NCBI GenBank assembly: GCA_964632315.1
Contig: CAZWEM010000017.1
Coordinates: 1-64,000, forward strand
Direction: 5' to 3'
From: an uncultured archaeon
GTDB taxonomy: Archaea; Asgardarchaeota; Lokiarchaeia; Sigyniarchaeales; SOKP01
DNA: 64,000 nucleotides
Of the stretch, positions 28,410 through 38,883 are shown piece after piece. Both the position numbers and the translations under genes were made by a program. Within the stretch, counting starts at the first letter, position 1, and each line of letters starts with the position of its first letter. The notes beneath the pieces are model-generated. The model was not told the origin of the DNA. It saw only the letters and a program-made list of their open reading frames with translations, and made no database searches.

Positions 28410-29111
28410 ATGAATTTCGAGTTTAGAATATTTACAATATCAATCGTAGGATCCTTAGGTGTAATTTTAATCATTTTTAGCATTCGAATTTTTCGAAATA
28501 CTAGATACTCCTCAAATCGAAGAGTCTATTTTGGAGGAGGTTTTTTATCGTATGGTATTGCTGGTAGCCTTAATGTCATATATTACTTAATTAAGATAGG
28601 CAATGTAGATTTAATATTTTATTCCTTGACAACTTCTTTCCAACTATTTGGAGCAACGCTATTTAATTTTTTTCTGGTTTCTCTTTTCTCTCCAAAATTC
28701 TACAGGAATATTAAATTACAATATACGCTAATGTTAATAATAACGTTAGTTCTATTCTTTACGATGATCCCGATGGTTTTTTTCTTTGTAGAGATGGATC
28801 CATCAACCGACTGGCATCCCGTATATGAGATTGAATTTAGTTTGTATTATATGGGGATCATACTAATTTTATCTATTTTTGCTCTCTATAATTCGGTAAA
28901 ATCATATCGTAATTTAACTGAACAGAAAGCAAAAAAGAAATGGAAATTATTTTCAATTGGATTGATTGGTGGGATTTTAACATTAGCCATACCATCATTA
29001 GTTTACTACTTACCTCCCGAGAACATAATACGAATTAATTTTAATTTTGGTTATTTTTTACTGATTCCGTTCGTATTGTTAATTTATCTCGGACTTAGAA
29101 ATAAAAATTAA
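28410..29111 (+). CDS. Stand-alone 7TM membrane protein (resembles N-terminal 7TM sensor modules)
   Basis: Seven hydrophobic helices; KAKKKWK before TM6; no output domain. Confidence 0.7.
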   Translation: MNFEFRIFTISIVGSLGVILIIFSIRIFRNTRYSSNRRVYFGGGFLSYGIAGSLNVIYYLIKIGNVDLIFYSLTTSFQLFGATLFNFFLVSLFSPKFYRNIKLQYTLMLIITLVLFFTMIPMVFFFVEMDPSTDWHPVYEIEFSLYYMGIILILSIFALYNSVKSYRNLTEQKAKKKWKLFSIGLIGGILTLAIPSLVYYLPPENIIRINFNFGYFLLIPFVLLIYLGLRNKN

Positions 29112-29301
29112 AAAAACAAGAAAAAATTATAGTAAAAAAATGGGACGTTAAAGACAACCAAGATTATATGAATGCTCTAAACTCTAAGACTGTTCAAATT
29201 CTCGAATTGAATTAAATTTTCCACCGCTTTACTTATTCAAGAACCCCTAGTTATTTAAGTATAATTGTATTCTTACTTATTATAAGCCATAATTTCTTAC
29301 T

Positions 29302-29862
29302 ATGTATAAATGTCCGTATGAGAGAAAATGTCAATTTAAAACAGCGGCTTTAGGTTGCCTGTTCGCTGAGGAGTTTGCCTTAGCTAACATTCATAAGGAT
29401 AACACACGAGTTAAAAAGTTACTTAAACAGTGTTGCCCTCAAGTGCGCACTGAAATTAGCAAACATGAAGAGAGAGTAAAAGAAAACACTAAATTTGCCT
29501 TAGATTTTTTGAAGAATGGTAGAATTGGAGAAAAAGCATACTGTACGGCGGATATTTCACCTGTCATTCTTATAAGCCTTCCCGATTATGAGTTTGGGGA
29601 TTGTGAGTATATGGCCTCTGATGGAGTTGTAAGAAAAGCACCTTTATTTTGTTTTAATGTCATTTCAAAAAGTGAAAAGTATTTGGATTTTCAAACTAAT
29701 GATGTTGACTTTTTAGATTCCATTGAACTTATAGTACATCGAATAGGGGCTCGAACTGAAAGAACAACTTCAGATAACAAAATCAAAATTCGAATTTTTC
29801 ACAATAATACAAAATTAGTCCGAAAATTAATTTCAAAACAAAAAAAAGAGCAAAAAAAATAA
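29302..29862 (+). CDS. Cys-rich hypothetical protein
   Basis: 186-aa ORF; N-terminal CPYERKC...C...CCP. Confidence 0.6.
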   Translation: MYKCPYERKCQFKTAALGCLFAEEFALANIHKDNTRVKKLLKQCCPQVRTEISKHEERVKENTKFALDFLKNGRIGEKAYCTADISPVILISLPDYEFGDCEYMASDGVVRKAPLFCFNVISKSEKYLDFQTNDVDFLDSIELIVHRIGARTERTTSDNKIKIRIFHNNTKLVRKLISKQKKEQKK

Positions 29863-29907
29863 TAAAAATAGTAAGAGTGTATAGGTAAATAAGAATTCTA
29901 AGAGAGT

Positions 29908-31929
29908 TTATTCTTCATCATCATCAGAATCCTCGTCCCACTCCACGTCCACGACTTTCTTCTTTTTATCTTTCTCATCCTTCTCGGATTTATATGATGC
30001 TCCGCCTGCTCCAGTTCCTGCTTGCCCAGTAGCTCCTGGTGGGACACCACCCATTCCTCCTGGAGGTGCTCCTCCCATTCCAGATGCAGCTCTTTGTGCT
30101 TGTTCTGCAGCTTGTTGATATACTTGATCTTGTGATTGAGATTGATAGATTCTCTGAGAGAAGCTGTACATAGATTTTTGAAGGTTTTCAATACCAAGTT
30201 TTATCCTTTGAACATCATCGGTTTTAATGTCTTCTTCTAAACTCTTGATTGCGGCTTCAATTTGCGATTTCTCATCTTCCTGGATTTTATCCTTGTTATC
30301 CTCGATCAATTTCCTGGTTTGGTAAATCATAGAATCTGCTTGGTTCTTTACCTCAATGAGTTCTCTAACTTTCTTATCTTCATCTTCAAATTGTTCAGCA
30401 TCTCTGACTTTTTGTTTGATTTCATCTTCTGTTAATCCTTTTGCTCCAGTCACAGTAATTCCAGTTTCTTTTCCAGTTCCTAAATCTTTCGCGGTGACAT
30501 GAACTATTCCATCGGCATCAATTGAAAATTTAACTTCGATTTGTGGTATTCCACGTGGTGCCGGAGGGATCCCGGTTAAATGGAACATTCCTAAAGAAAT
30601 ATTATCCTTTGCCATTGCTCTTTCTCCTTGGAGGACGTTGATCGTTACTGCTGGTTGATTATCTGCTGCGGTACTAAAAATTTGTTGTTTTTCCGTAGGA
30701 ATTGTTGTATTACGTTCAATTAATTTCGTAAATACTCCACCTAATGTTTCTACACCTAAGGAGAGCGGCGTCACATCGAGTAGAAGTAAATCCTCCACAT
30801 CCCCTGCGATGATTCCACCTTGAATTGCAGCTCCAATCGCCACACATTCCATGGGATCCACAGAATGTTCGGGTTCCTTTCCAAAGAATTTTTTAAAGCG
30901 TTCTTGAACAGATGGCATTCTTGTAGGGCCACCCACTAAGATAACTTTATCAACATTTGTAGGGGCCATCTTTGCATCTCGAACTGCTCGATCCATTATG
31001 GGATCTAGTCGTCTTAAGGTTGGTTCAATAAGTTGCTCCAACTTCGCACGAGTTAATTCCACTTCCAAATGTAGTGGATTTCCTTCTTTTTGGGTAATGT
31101 AAGGTAAATTTATTTGAGTTGAAAGCGTGGTGGAAAGCTCGATTTTTGCTCTTTCCGCTCCATCTTTCAAGCGAATCATTGCTTTATTATCGTTGCTAAG
31201 ATCGACTCCTTCCTTTTTCTTGAAGTCTTCAACCAACCAATCAATAATGGCGTTGTCCATATCGGTACCACCAAGCTGGGTATCTCCAGCAGTAGAGAGT
31301 ACCTCCACGACACCCTCCCCATATTCCATAAGCGTAACATCAAATGTTCCTCCGCCCAAATCTAATACAACGATTTTAAGGAGTTTATTCTTAGTATCCT
31401 TATCTAAACCATACGCTAAACAAGCAGCGGTAGGCTCATTTATCATTCGTACTACCTCTAATCCTGCAATTTCTCCTGCGTTCTTGGTCGAGGTTCTTTG
31501 AGCGTCATTGAAATATGCGGGCACCGTTATGACTGCTTTTTTTACTTCTTCTCCTAAATATGCTGATGCATCGTTCTTGATTTTTTTAAGGATCATCGCA
31601 GAAATCTCTTCTGGAGTAAACTCTTTCTGCTCTTTTCCGACTTGTACTTTTGCTTTGTATGAGGTCCCCATTTTTCTTTTAATAGCATAAACAGTGCCAT
31701 CGGGATTTGAGACTGCTTGGCGTCTTGCGGGCTCACCAACAATTTTTCTCCCATTTTCATCGAATGCTACATACGAAGGAAATGCTTTTCCTCCTAATGT
31801 ACGACCTTCAGCAGCTGGGATTATCTCTGGTTTACCCGTAGCAGATAGAACTGCACACGCACTATTGCTCGTGCCCAAATCTATGCCAAGTATGCGTTCT
31901 TTTCTTTTAGTTTTAGTTTCTTCACTCAT
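29908..31929 (-). CDS. dnaK: Chaperone DnaK (Hsp70)
   Basis: [38 protein letters not shown]. Confidence 0.98.
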   Translation of the reverse strand: MSEETKTKRKERILGIDLGTSNSACAVLSATGKPEIIPAAEGRTLGGKAFPSYVAFDENGRKIVGEPARRQAVSNPDGTVYAIKRKMGTSYKAKVQVGKEQKEFTPEEISAMILKKIKNDASAYLGEEVKKAVITVPAYFNDAQRTSTKNAGEIAGLEVVRMINEPTAACLAYGLDKDTKNKLLKIVVLDLGGGTFDVTLMEYGEGVVEVLSTAGDTQLGGTDMDNAIIDWLVEDFKKKEGVDLSNDNKAMIRLKDGAERAKIELSTTLSTQINLPYITQKEGNPLHLEVELTRAKLEQLIEPTLRRLDPIMDRAVRDAKMAPTNVDKVILVGGPTRMPSVQERFKKFFGKEPEHSVDPMECVAIGAAIQGGIIAGDVEDLLLLDVTPLSLGVETLGGVFTKLIERNTTIPTEKQQIFSTAADNQPAVTINVLQGERAMAKDNISLGMFHLTGIPPAPRGIPQIEVKFSIDADGIVHVTAKDLGTGKETGITVTGAKGLTEDEIKQKVRDAEQFEDEDKKVRELIEVKNQADSMIYQTRKLIEDNKDKIQEDEKSQIEAAIKSLEEDIKTDDVQRIKLGIENLQKSMYSFSQRIYQSQSQDQVYQQAAEQAQRAASGMGGAPPGGMGGVPPGATGQAGTGAGGASYKSEKDEKDKKKKVVDVEWDEDSDDDEE

Positions 31930-32119
31930 GATATTTCTTCACTATTATTGTAATAAGGATTTGTTTATCAATTAATATTTTACTTGATTTTAATTAATTA
32001 AAACCAAGCTTTAAATTTTTTTCTTTATAAAGATCTATAAATCACAAAAATTTTATTTTAAGATAATTTATTTCAATTACTCTATTAAATACAAATTTGA
32101 CTTTTAAATTTTTGATATC

Positions 32120-32890
32120 ATGACTGCGAAAAAAGAAGAAAATGAAACTAAAACTCAGAGTAAAGAAAGTAAAGAAAAACCTCCCAAAGATCAAGCTTTG
32201 CAATCTTTAGGAAAAAATGAGGTAAAACAATTAGAAGGAGAAGAACCAGGCAAATTAGAGTACTTTTCCAAGGATGAATTAGTCCAGAATCTGGCAAAAT
32301 TTGAAGTCGAATTGAAGGCTCTAAAAGAAAAATATGATTCAGTAGAGCAGGAAAAGAATTCATGGAAAAATAAGTACACTCGCTTACAGGCTGAATTTGA
32401 AAACACTGAAAAAAGATGGAATAAGAGTCGGCAAAATTTGAGGTTAGAATACACTGCTTCTACTATAAAGATGTTCCTACCGCTTTATGATTCCTTCAAG
32501 AAAGCGTTAGAGCATCAAGATGAAAATAACAAGATTCTTAAGGGTTTTTACGATCAATTCATGAATATCTTAAAATCTCACAAGGCACATCCTATTGAAG
32601 TAAAAGTAAACGATCCTTTTGATTATAACTATCACGAGGCGCTAAGTTCAATCGAGAAAGAAGATGCTCCAGAAAACACCATTTTAGATATTATTCAAGA
32701 TGGTTGGAAATTGGATAATGAAGTAATTCGATATACTAAAGTGATAATTTCTAAAAAACCAAAACCACCAGAGCCAAAACCAAAGCCAGAGTCAGAAAAA
32801 AAGACGAAAGAAGAAAAAGAGACGAAAGAAGAACTAGTTTCAGAAAAAGAAGAAGAATCTAATTCAAGCGATGCAGATTCAGAAGAATAA
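32120..32890 (+). CDS. grpE: Nucleotide exchange factor GrpE
   Basis: RLQAEFENTEKR, FDYNYHEAL, QDGWKLDNEVIRYTKV; divergent from dnaK. Confidence 0.92.
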   Translation: MTAKKEENETKTQSKESKEKPPKDQALQSLGKNEVKQLEGEEPGKLEYFSKDELVQNLAKFEVELKALKEKYDSVEQEKNSWKNKYTRLQAEFENTEKRWNKSRQNLRLEYTASTIKMFLPLYDSFKKALEHQDENNKILKGFYDQFMNILKSHKAHPIEVKVNDPFDYNYHEALSSIEKEDAPENTILDIIQDGWKLDNEVIRYTKVIISKKPKPPEPKPKPESEKKTKEEKETKEELVSEKEEESNSSDADSEE

Positions 32891-33054
32891 GCTATTAAAC
32901 GCTAATTTTTGACATAATGAAGTTCACTTCATGATTTCTCCTTTATTTTTTCTTGAACTTTAAATATCTTAAAGACATCAACGATATTTGCATTAAAACT
33001 CATAATGAGAACATCCAAAGCTAAAGATATCGATGTCTCCAGCATGTTTCACGC

Positions 33055-33687
33055 TTAAAATTTATTCTCCACGAAGCAATTAATTATCCTTATTCTTTTT
33101 AAAGGATTAAATATGCCACAATATCTTGGTGTCGAGGAACAATATTCTAGATAATCTTTTCCAAATTTCCTTTCTAAAAATTTCTCTTCAATTAAAATAT
33201 AAGGGTGATTTAATGAAATCCAAATTATTGCAAGAAAAAGAGCATGGAAGGACCGACCCCATATTCCTAGTGATATTAAACCTATCGCTCTAGCTACTGA
33301 TTGAGGATTTCTACTCCTATTAAATATTCCATCAGTGATTAATTTATCAGGAGTACGCCCGATAGCCCTTAAGAATGATTCCATATTAAACATGTAGAAA
33401 ATATAGATAAACATTGCTATCATGCAAATAAAACTACCAAGTGAAAAGAAAAAGAGATGCAAATTAATTAGAATATTTTCTTTAAAGAAAGGCCACGTGC
33501 TAAAGTAAGCACTATAAACGGTAATTCCAACATAAATCTCATGGTAAAATAGACATGCTGCTGAAGTAGCTCTTGAACGACATTGAATCTCTTGATAATT
33601 CCTTTTAGTTTGAAATAGGATAAATAATCCTAAACCTATCACTATAGGAGAAATAAGAATGGCTAATATGCGATGAAGTTCGATCAT
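33055..33687 (-). CDS. Isoprenylcysteine carboxyl methyltransferase / PEMT-family membrane protein
   Basis: LITDGIFNRSRNPQ, IEEKFLERKFGKDYLEY...TPRY. Confidence 0.85.
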   Translation of the reverse strand: MIELHRILAILISPIVIGLGLFILFQTKRNYQEIQCRSRATSAACLFYHEIYVGITVYSAYFSTWPFFKENILINLHLFFFSLGSFICMIAMFIYIFYMFNMESFLRAIGRTPDKLITDGIFNRSRNPQSVARAIGLISLGIWGRSFHALFLAIIWISLNHPYILIEEKFLERKFGKDYLEYCSSTPRYCGIFNPLKRIRIINCFVENKF

Positions 33688-33904
33688 AAATTTTGAATTC
33701 CAATGAATTTCTTAAGTATTAATTATATTGATTTAGACTTTAAATCTTATGATAAAAATTAGCTTTTAAAAGAAAAAAGAATATTAGGGAATAAGTATTA
33801 TATAATGTATCTGAACTAACGCAAATCTATAGTTCATAATTGAGATTAATTCCTCAATAATAACGCTTGAGAGTAGGATTAAAGATAAGGAGGCTGATGT
33901 AAGA

Positions 33905-34165
33905 GTGAGTGAAGAACCCCAACTCCCGATGATTCCAGATATAGGGGATATCCTTGACAGGAAGAAGAGAATGGTTGAAAAAGTTAGTACTGTATTGAAA
34001 TGCACTAGTTGTAAAGCGAAGTATACTCGAGAATTTAAATCTGGAGATTTTACCTTTAAGAAACTTTCGGACGAGAAATGTAATGAATGTGGTCGAAATA
34101 ACTCATTAGTTATTGAAGAAATTTATTCTGAATGGATTGATCCGAAGAAGAAAAAACAGAAATAG
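33905..34165 (+). CDS. Small archaeal zinc-finger protein
   Basis: CTSC...REFKSGDF...CNECG...IEEIY. Confidence 0.75.
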   Translation: MSEEPQLPMIPDIGDILDRKKRMVEKVSTVLKCTSCKAKYTREFKSGDFTFKKLSDEKCNECGRNNSLVIEEIYSEWIDPKKKKQK

Positions 34166-34251
34166 TTTAAAATCTTTTTTTATAACCCACATTATCCCTT
34201 GATAACTGATTATTATCAGAGATAGAAGAATTAATGATTTAAGAAGACGTG

Positions 34252-35253
34252 TTATTCAATACCCAGTAGTTTTATAATAAGATTTGCCATTGAATAGGGA
34301 TCAAGGCTTTTATCCATCACTAATTTAATATATTCATCAATTTTCCCATTTTCTTCAGAATCTGAATGGAGAATGCTCTCAACTTTCTTAGTTAATTTAT
34401 GCTTTAAAATTTGAAGTGTTTCGTTTTTAATGCGATTAACTTGGTAATTTTCAATAATACCTGATTCATTCAAAAATTCTTGGTGTTTTTTAATTATTTC
34501 GAGTAACTTTTCGAAATTCTCTCCACTTTTAGAATTTACTTTTATAATTTCAGGTGTCCAGCTTTTTAATTTTTTATATTCTCCTTTTTTTTCATAATCA
34601 TATTTAAAATTCATCTCGAGCTCCAACATTTGCATGATTTCTGATACTTTTCTATCAGCACCATCCAAATCCATCTTGTTAACGACGAAAATGTCAACTA
34701 TTTCCATTATTCCCGCTTTGATCGCTTGAATGTCATCTCCTAAACCTGGAACCAATAGAACGATTACGGTTTGTGCAGATCTAAAGATATCCACTTCAGA
34801 TTGTCCTACGCCCACTGTTTCAACGATGATTATATCACAGCCATAAACATCCAAGATCTTTATCATATCCTCAGTAGCCCTAGCGAGGCCTCCCAGCTGT
34901 CCCCGATTCGCACAACTCCTAATAAAGACGTTTTCAAGCGTGAATTGCTTTTTCATGCGAATGCGGTCACCTAAAATCGCACCTCCTGTAAGAGGACTAG
35001 TAGGATCCACGCAAATAATTCCTACTTTTTTTCCCTGTTCAGTGAAAAAGCTTGTTAAGGTCGATATGAAAGTAGATTTCCCACTTCCAGGAGCTCCCGT
35101 AATGCCTAATATGTATGCATTACCCGTGAATTTATAGATTTTATTAATGATCTCTTCAGCAGCAATAATGTCATTTTCCGCAATTGTGATTAAACGAGCT
35201 GCTGCTCTTGTGTCTCCCTTAAGTAGGCGCTCAATCAGTTCATCTTGAGACAT
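34252..35253 (-). CDS. meaB: Acyl-CoA mutase-associated GTPase MeaB
   Basis: GITGAPGSGKST, VDPTSPLTGGAILGDRIRM, ETVGVGQSE, NKMD. Confidence 0.95.
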   Translation of the reverse strand: MSQDELIERLLKGDTRAAARLITIAENDIIAAEEIINKIYKFTGNAYILGITGAPGSGKSTFISTLTSFFTEQGKKVGIICVDPTSPLTGGAILGDRIRMKKQFTLENVFIRSCANRGQLGGLARATEDMIKILDVYGCDIIIVETVGVGQSEVDIFRSAQTVIVLLVPGLGDDIQAIKAGIMEIVDIFVVNKMDLDGADRKVSEIMQMLELEMNFKYDYEKKGEYKKLKSWTPEIIKVNSKSGENFEKLLEIIKKHQEFLNESGIIENYQVNRIKNETLQILKHKLTKKVESILHSDSEENGKIDEYIKLVMDKSLDPYSMANLIIKLLGIE

Positions 35254-35260
35254 TTGTAAT

Positions 35261-35662
35261 TTATCTCTTTAGGTTCTTCCTCACAAATTCGACGACTTCT
35301 TTTAATTCAGTACCGGGTCCATAAAAACCTTTTAAGCCATGACTTTCCAAAAAGGGCTTATCTTCATCAGGGATTATTCCTCCCACCCCTACCAATACAT
35401 CATCGATCCCTTTTTCTTTTAACTTTTCCATTATTATGGGACATAACGCATTGTGGGCACCACTTAAAATGCTGAGCATTACTGCATCAGGGTCTTCTTG
35501 GATAATGGTATTTACCACGTCATCCGGTGTTTGATGAATTCCAGTATATATTACCTCCATTCCAGCATCTCTTAAAGCTCTCGCAATTACTTTTGCTCCC
35601 CTGTCATGACCATCGAGTCCGGGTTTGCATACTAGTACTTTTATCTTTCTTTTTACTGACAT
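35261..35662 (-). CDS. B12-binding small subunit of acyl-CoA mutase
   Basis: KPGLDGHDRGAK (DxHxxG), SILSGAH, GGIIP. Confidence 0.95.
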   Translation of the reverse strand: MSVKRKIKVLVCKPGLDGHDRGAKVIARALRDAGMEVIYTGIHQTPDDVVNTIIQEDPDAVMLSILSGAHNALCPIIMEKLKEKGIDDVLVGVGGIIPDEDKPFLESHGLKGFYGPGTELKEVVEFVRKNLKR

Positions 35663-35676
35663 TTTATCACCTTTAG

Positions 35677-37311
35677 TTAAAATATTGAATCTTCTTCATA
35701 AGTTCCGAATACTTCTTTTAGAGTTTCGATAATTTCTCCAACAGACGCATATTCTCGTACAGCATCTATTATATAAGGCATTAAATTTTCGTTTCCTTTT
35801 GCGGCTTCTTTAAGGCTTGATAATTTTTGCTTTAATTTCTCATTATCTCTTTCATTCATGATTTTGTGTAAATTATCAACTTGCTCTTGCGCAACTTTCT
35901 CATCTATTTTCAGAATTGGAGTACTACACGGTTCGCGTATTTTTAAATCATTCACTCCAACGATGATTCTTTCCTTGCTCTCTATTTCTTTTTGATATTT
36001 ATACGATGCATTGGCGATTTCTTTTTGAAAGAAGTTAGCTTTAATTGCTGGAATCACTCCTCCTAATTCTTCTATTTGTTGGAAGTATGCTTCCGCTTCC
36101 TCTTCCATTTTGTTAGTCAACGACTCGACATAATATGAACCTGCTAAGGGATCGACCGTATCTGCTACTCCAGATTCATATGCGATGATTTGTTGCGTCC
36201 GCAAGGCAATTTTTACCGCTTTTTCTGTAGGTAACGCAAGTGCTTCATCAAAACTATTCGTATGAAGAGATTGAGTCCCACCTAATACGGCTGCTAAACC
36301 TTGAAGTGTTACTCTTGCGATATTATTTTCCGGTTCTTGTGCAGATAGGCTTACTCCAGCAGTTTGAGTATGAAATCTAAGCCTCATTGCTTCTTTCTTT
36401 TTCGCACTATATTTATTTTTCATGTGCTTTGCCCAGATTCTTCGTGCTGCTCGATATTTACATACCTCCTCGAAAAAATTATTGTGAGCATTAAAGAAGA
36501 AGCTCAAGCGCGGTGCAAAGTCATCCACATCTAGCCCTCGTTCCATTGCAGCTTCTACATAAGCAAATCCATCAGCTAAAGTGAAAGCTAATTCTTGAAC
36601 TGCCGTAGATCCCGCTTCTCTTATATGATATCCTGAAATCGAGATAGTATACCACTGCGGGACGAATTTATAGCAATATTCTATCGTATCAACAATTAAG
36701 CGCATTGATGGTTCAGGAGGGAAAATCCATGATTTTTGCGCAATATATTCTTTCAATATATCATTTTGAATGGTACCTCTAAGTTGATCTGCAGAGTGTC
36801 CCTGCTTTTCGGCTGTAACGACATACATTGCAAGTAATATAGATGCTGGTGCATTAATAGTCATTGAAGTGGAGATCTTGGACAAATCTATATCTTTAAA
36901 TAAAGTTTCCATGTCTTTTACGGTGTCAATACTGACTCCTTCTTTCCCGATTTCCCCTAAAGCACGTTCATTATCTGCTTGAATCCCATAAATGGTATGC
37001 AAACTAAAAGCAACGCTCAAACCAGTTTGTCCATGCTCGAGTAAAAATTTATATCGTTCATTTGTTTGACTCGCAGTTCCAAACCCAGCGAACTGGCGCA
37101 TTGTCCATAATCGTCCCCTATACATATTCTTATAAGGGCCACGAGTAAAAGGATAGCTTCCTGGTTCCCCTAAATCCATTTCATAATTAAGATCCTTTAT
37201 ATCTTCGGGAACGTATAAGCGCTTTATTTCAATATCCGATAAATTCTTAAATTTTTCTTGACGTTCTCCTTTTGAAGGCCGTAATGTTTTTTGTTCATCT
37301 ATTTCCGTCAT
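35677..37311 (-). CDS. Acyl-CoA mutase large subunit (MCM family, isobutyryl-CoA-mutase-type residues)
   Basis: PFTRG, WTMRQFAGF, QNDILKEYIAQ, ISISGYHIREAG, HTNSFDEA. Confidence 0.93.
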   Translation of the reverse strand: MTEIDEQKTLRPSKGERQEKFKNLSDIEIKRLYVPEDIKDLNYEMDLGEPGSYPFTRGPYKNMYRGRLWTMRQFAGFGTASQTNERYKFLLEHGQTGLSVAFSLHTIYGIQADNERALGEIGKEGVSIDTVKDMETLFKDIDLSKISTSMTINAPASILLAMYVVTAEKQGHSADQLRGTIQNDILKEYIAQKSWIFPPEPSMRLIVDTIEYCYKFVPQWYTISISGYHIREAGSTAVQELAFTLADGFAYVEAAMERGLDVDDFAPRLSFFFNAHNNFFEEVCKYRAARRIWAKHMKNKYSAKKKEAMRLRFHTQTAGVSLSAQEPENNIARVTLQGLAAVLGGTQSLHTNSFDEALALPTEKAVKIALRTQQIIAYESGVADTVDPLAGSYYVESLTNKMEEEAEAYFQQIEELGGVIPAIKANFFQKEIANASYKYQKEIESKERIIVGVNDLKIREPCSTPILKIDEKVAQEQVDNLHKIMNERDNEKLKQKLSSLKEAAKGNENLMPYIIDAVREYASVGEIIETLKEVFGTYEEDSIF

Positions 37312-37491
37312 AATTTAAACCCAAGTTAATAAAAATAAAGCCTCAATTCTTTAAACAAATTGAAATGGGCTATTCTATGTTTTAATAAATTACGAAATTT
37401 AATAATCTTTATTAATTTAAAATCTGGTTCTAAATCCACTCGTTTTAACCTTTATATATCATAAAACCAAATATTAAAATAAGGATTTATC

Positions 37492-38754
37492 ATGACAAAT
37501 GAAAAGTTAACTCGTAATATCTTATCTTCAATAGCTTTAGTCTCTTTAGCGGGAAACATTGCATGGGCCGTAGAGAACCAATATTTTAATGTTTTTCTTT
37601 TTAATTTTCTTTCACCTAATCCCATCTACATATCTATAATGGTTGCAGTTTCTACCATTGTTGGAACGATTACGACAATAATACTCGGTTCTTTTAGTGA
37701 TGTCAAGGGAAAGAGGAAACCCTTTATATTGTATGGATTAATTTTTTGGGCAATTACAACGGCTATTTTTCCCTTAAGTGCCTTTTTCTTACCATTTGGG
37801 GTAGCATTTGCGGTCTTCATAGCAATCCTTTTTGATTGCATTATGACTTTTTTTGGGGCGACCTCTTTGAATGCTGGGCTAAACGCATATATTACAGATA
37901 TTACTACTCTTGAAAATCGAGGAAAGGCTATGGGAATCTCACAGATGATGAATCTTATTGCTTTAATCACCGTTTATGGTGGTGCCGGTGTAATAATAGA
38001 TGCATTTGGCTATTATGGATTCTTTTATCTCATTGGTGGATTAGTAGCAGTAATTGGAATTAGTGGAGGTTTAATCGTGAAAGATTCAAGACTTCTCGAA
38101 CCATTAGAAGTTGGTACATTTCGAAATATATTAAATACTTTCAAGAGAACTCACTTGAGTACTCATAAGAATTTCTTTATCGTATTATTGGTAATTATGG
38201 CATGGTCAAGTGGATTCTATGTCTTTTTTCCCTACATTTTAATATATCTCCAACACTACCTTAACTATTCTATATTTATTGCATCAGTATTAGTATTAAT
38301 TCCATTTTTGATTTCAATCATACTGGCTTATCCATTAGGGATGATTACGGATAAGTTGGGACGAAAAACAACCACCCTCATTTCGACTTTTACATTCTTC
38401 ATTTTTGCCTTTCTCTTTGGTTTGTTTAAAGATGTTGTAACTATTTCTATTATGGGGTCTCTTTGGTTGCTTTCTTATACTGCAATCTCTGTTGCTACTT
38501 TTTCATGGGCAAAAGATTTATATCCCGAAGAAGGTCGAGGACAATTTAGTGGGTATTGGAACTTATTTTCAGGGACAATACCAATGATCATCGGACCATT
38601 CATTGGTGGATGGTTAGCAACTCAATTCGGACAAGTAAAGGAAATTAATGGCCAACTTGGTTATGTCCCTACACCTATTATTTTTTTCATTGGAGCTATC
38701 TTGATATTAACTGCTTTAATCCCTCTTTACTTTGCGAGGGAGAAAAAAGAATAA
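37492..38754 (+). CDS. MFS transporter
   Basis: About 12 TM helices; GSFSDVKGKRK and GMITDKLGRK motif A. Confidence 0.9.
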   Translation: MTNEKLTRNILSSIALVSLAGNIAWAVENQYFNVFLFNFLSPNPIYISIMVAVSTIVGTITTIILGSFSDVKGKRKPFILYGLIFWAITTAIFPLSAFFLPFGVAFAVFIAILFDCIMTFFGATSLNAGLNAYITDITTLENRGKAMGISQMMNLIALITVYGGAGVIIDAFGYYGFFYLIGGLVAVIGISGGLIVKDSRLLEPLEVGTFRNILNTFKRTHLSTHKNFFIVLLVIMAWSSGFYVFFPYILIYLQHYLNYSIFIASVLVLIPFLISIILAYPLGMITDKLGRKTTTLISTFTFFIFAFLFGLFKDVVTISIMGSLWLLSYTAISVATFSWAKDLYPEEGRGQFSGYWNLFSGTIPMIIGPFIGGWLATQFGQVKEINGQLGYVPTPIIFFIGAILILTALIPLYFAREKKE

Positions 38755-38883
38755 TAAATTTGTTTTTTTCCTTTAATATTTTTGTTTTTTTATTAAATTA
38801 TAAAGGTTTACGATTTGATATTACTTAAATAATAAAAATAGTATTAATTTATCATGTCTATAGAAACTAGTAGGTAGATTTTA

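Noticed and set aside
28410-29111. Rhodopsin or true GPCR call for the 7TM proteins
   Set aside because: No retinal-binding Lys motif and no DRY/NPxxY motifs; only the helix count is supported
29898-30197. 99-aa alternate-frame ORF over the dnaK 3' end
   Set aside because: By-product of the low-complexity tail; dnaK is intact in its own frame
32917-32932. Inverted repeat ATGAAGT-TC-ACTTCAT and a 33-codon minus-strand ORF nearby
   Set aside because: Lies between convergent gene ends; the 2-nt loop is too short for a hairpin and the ORF has no features
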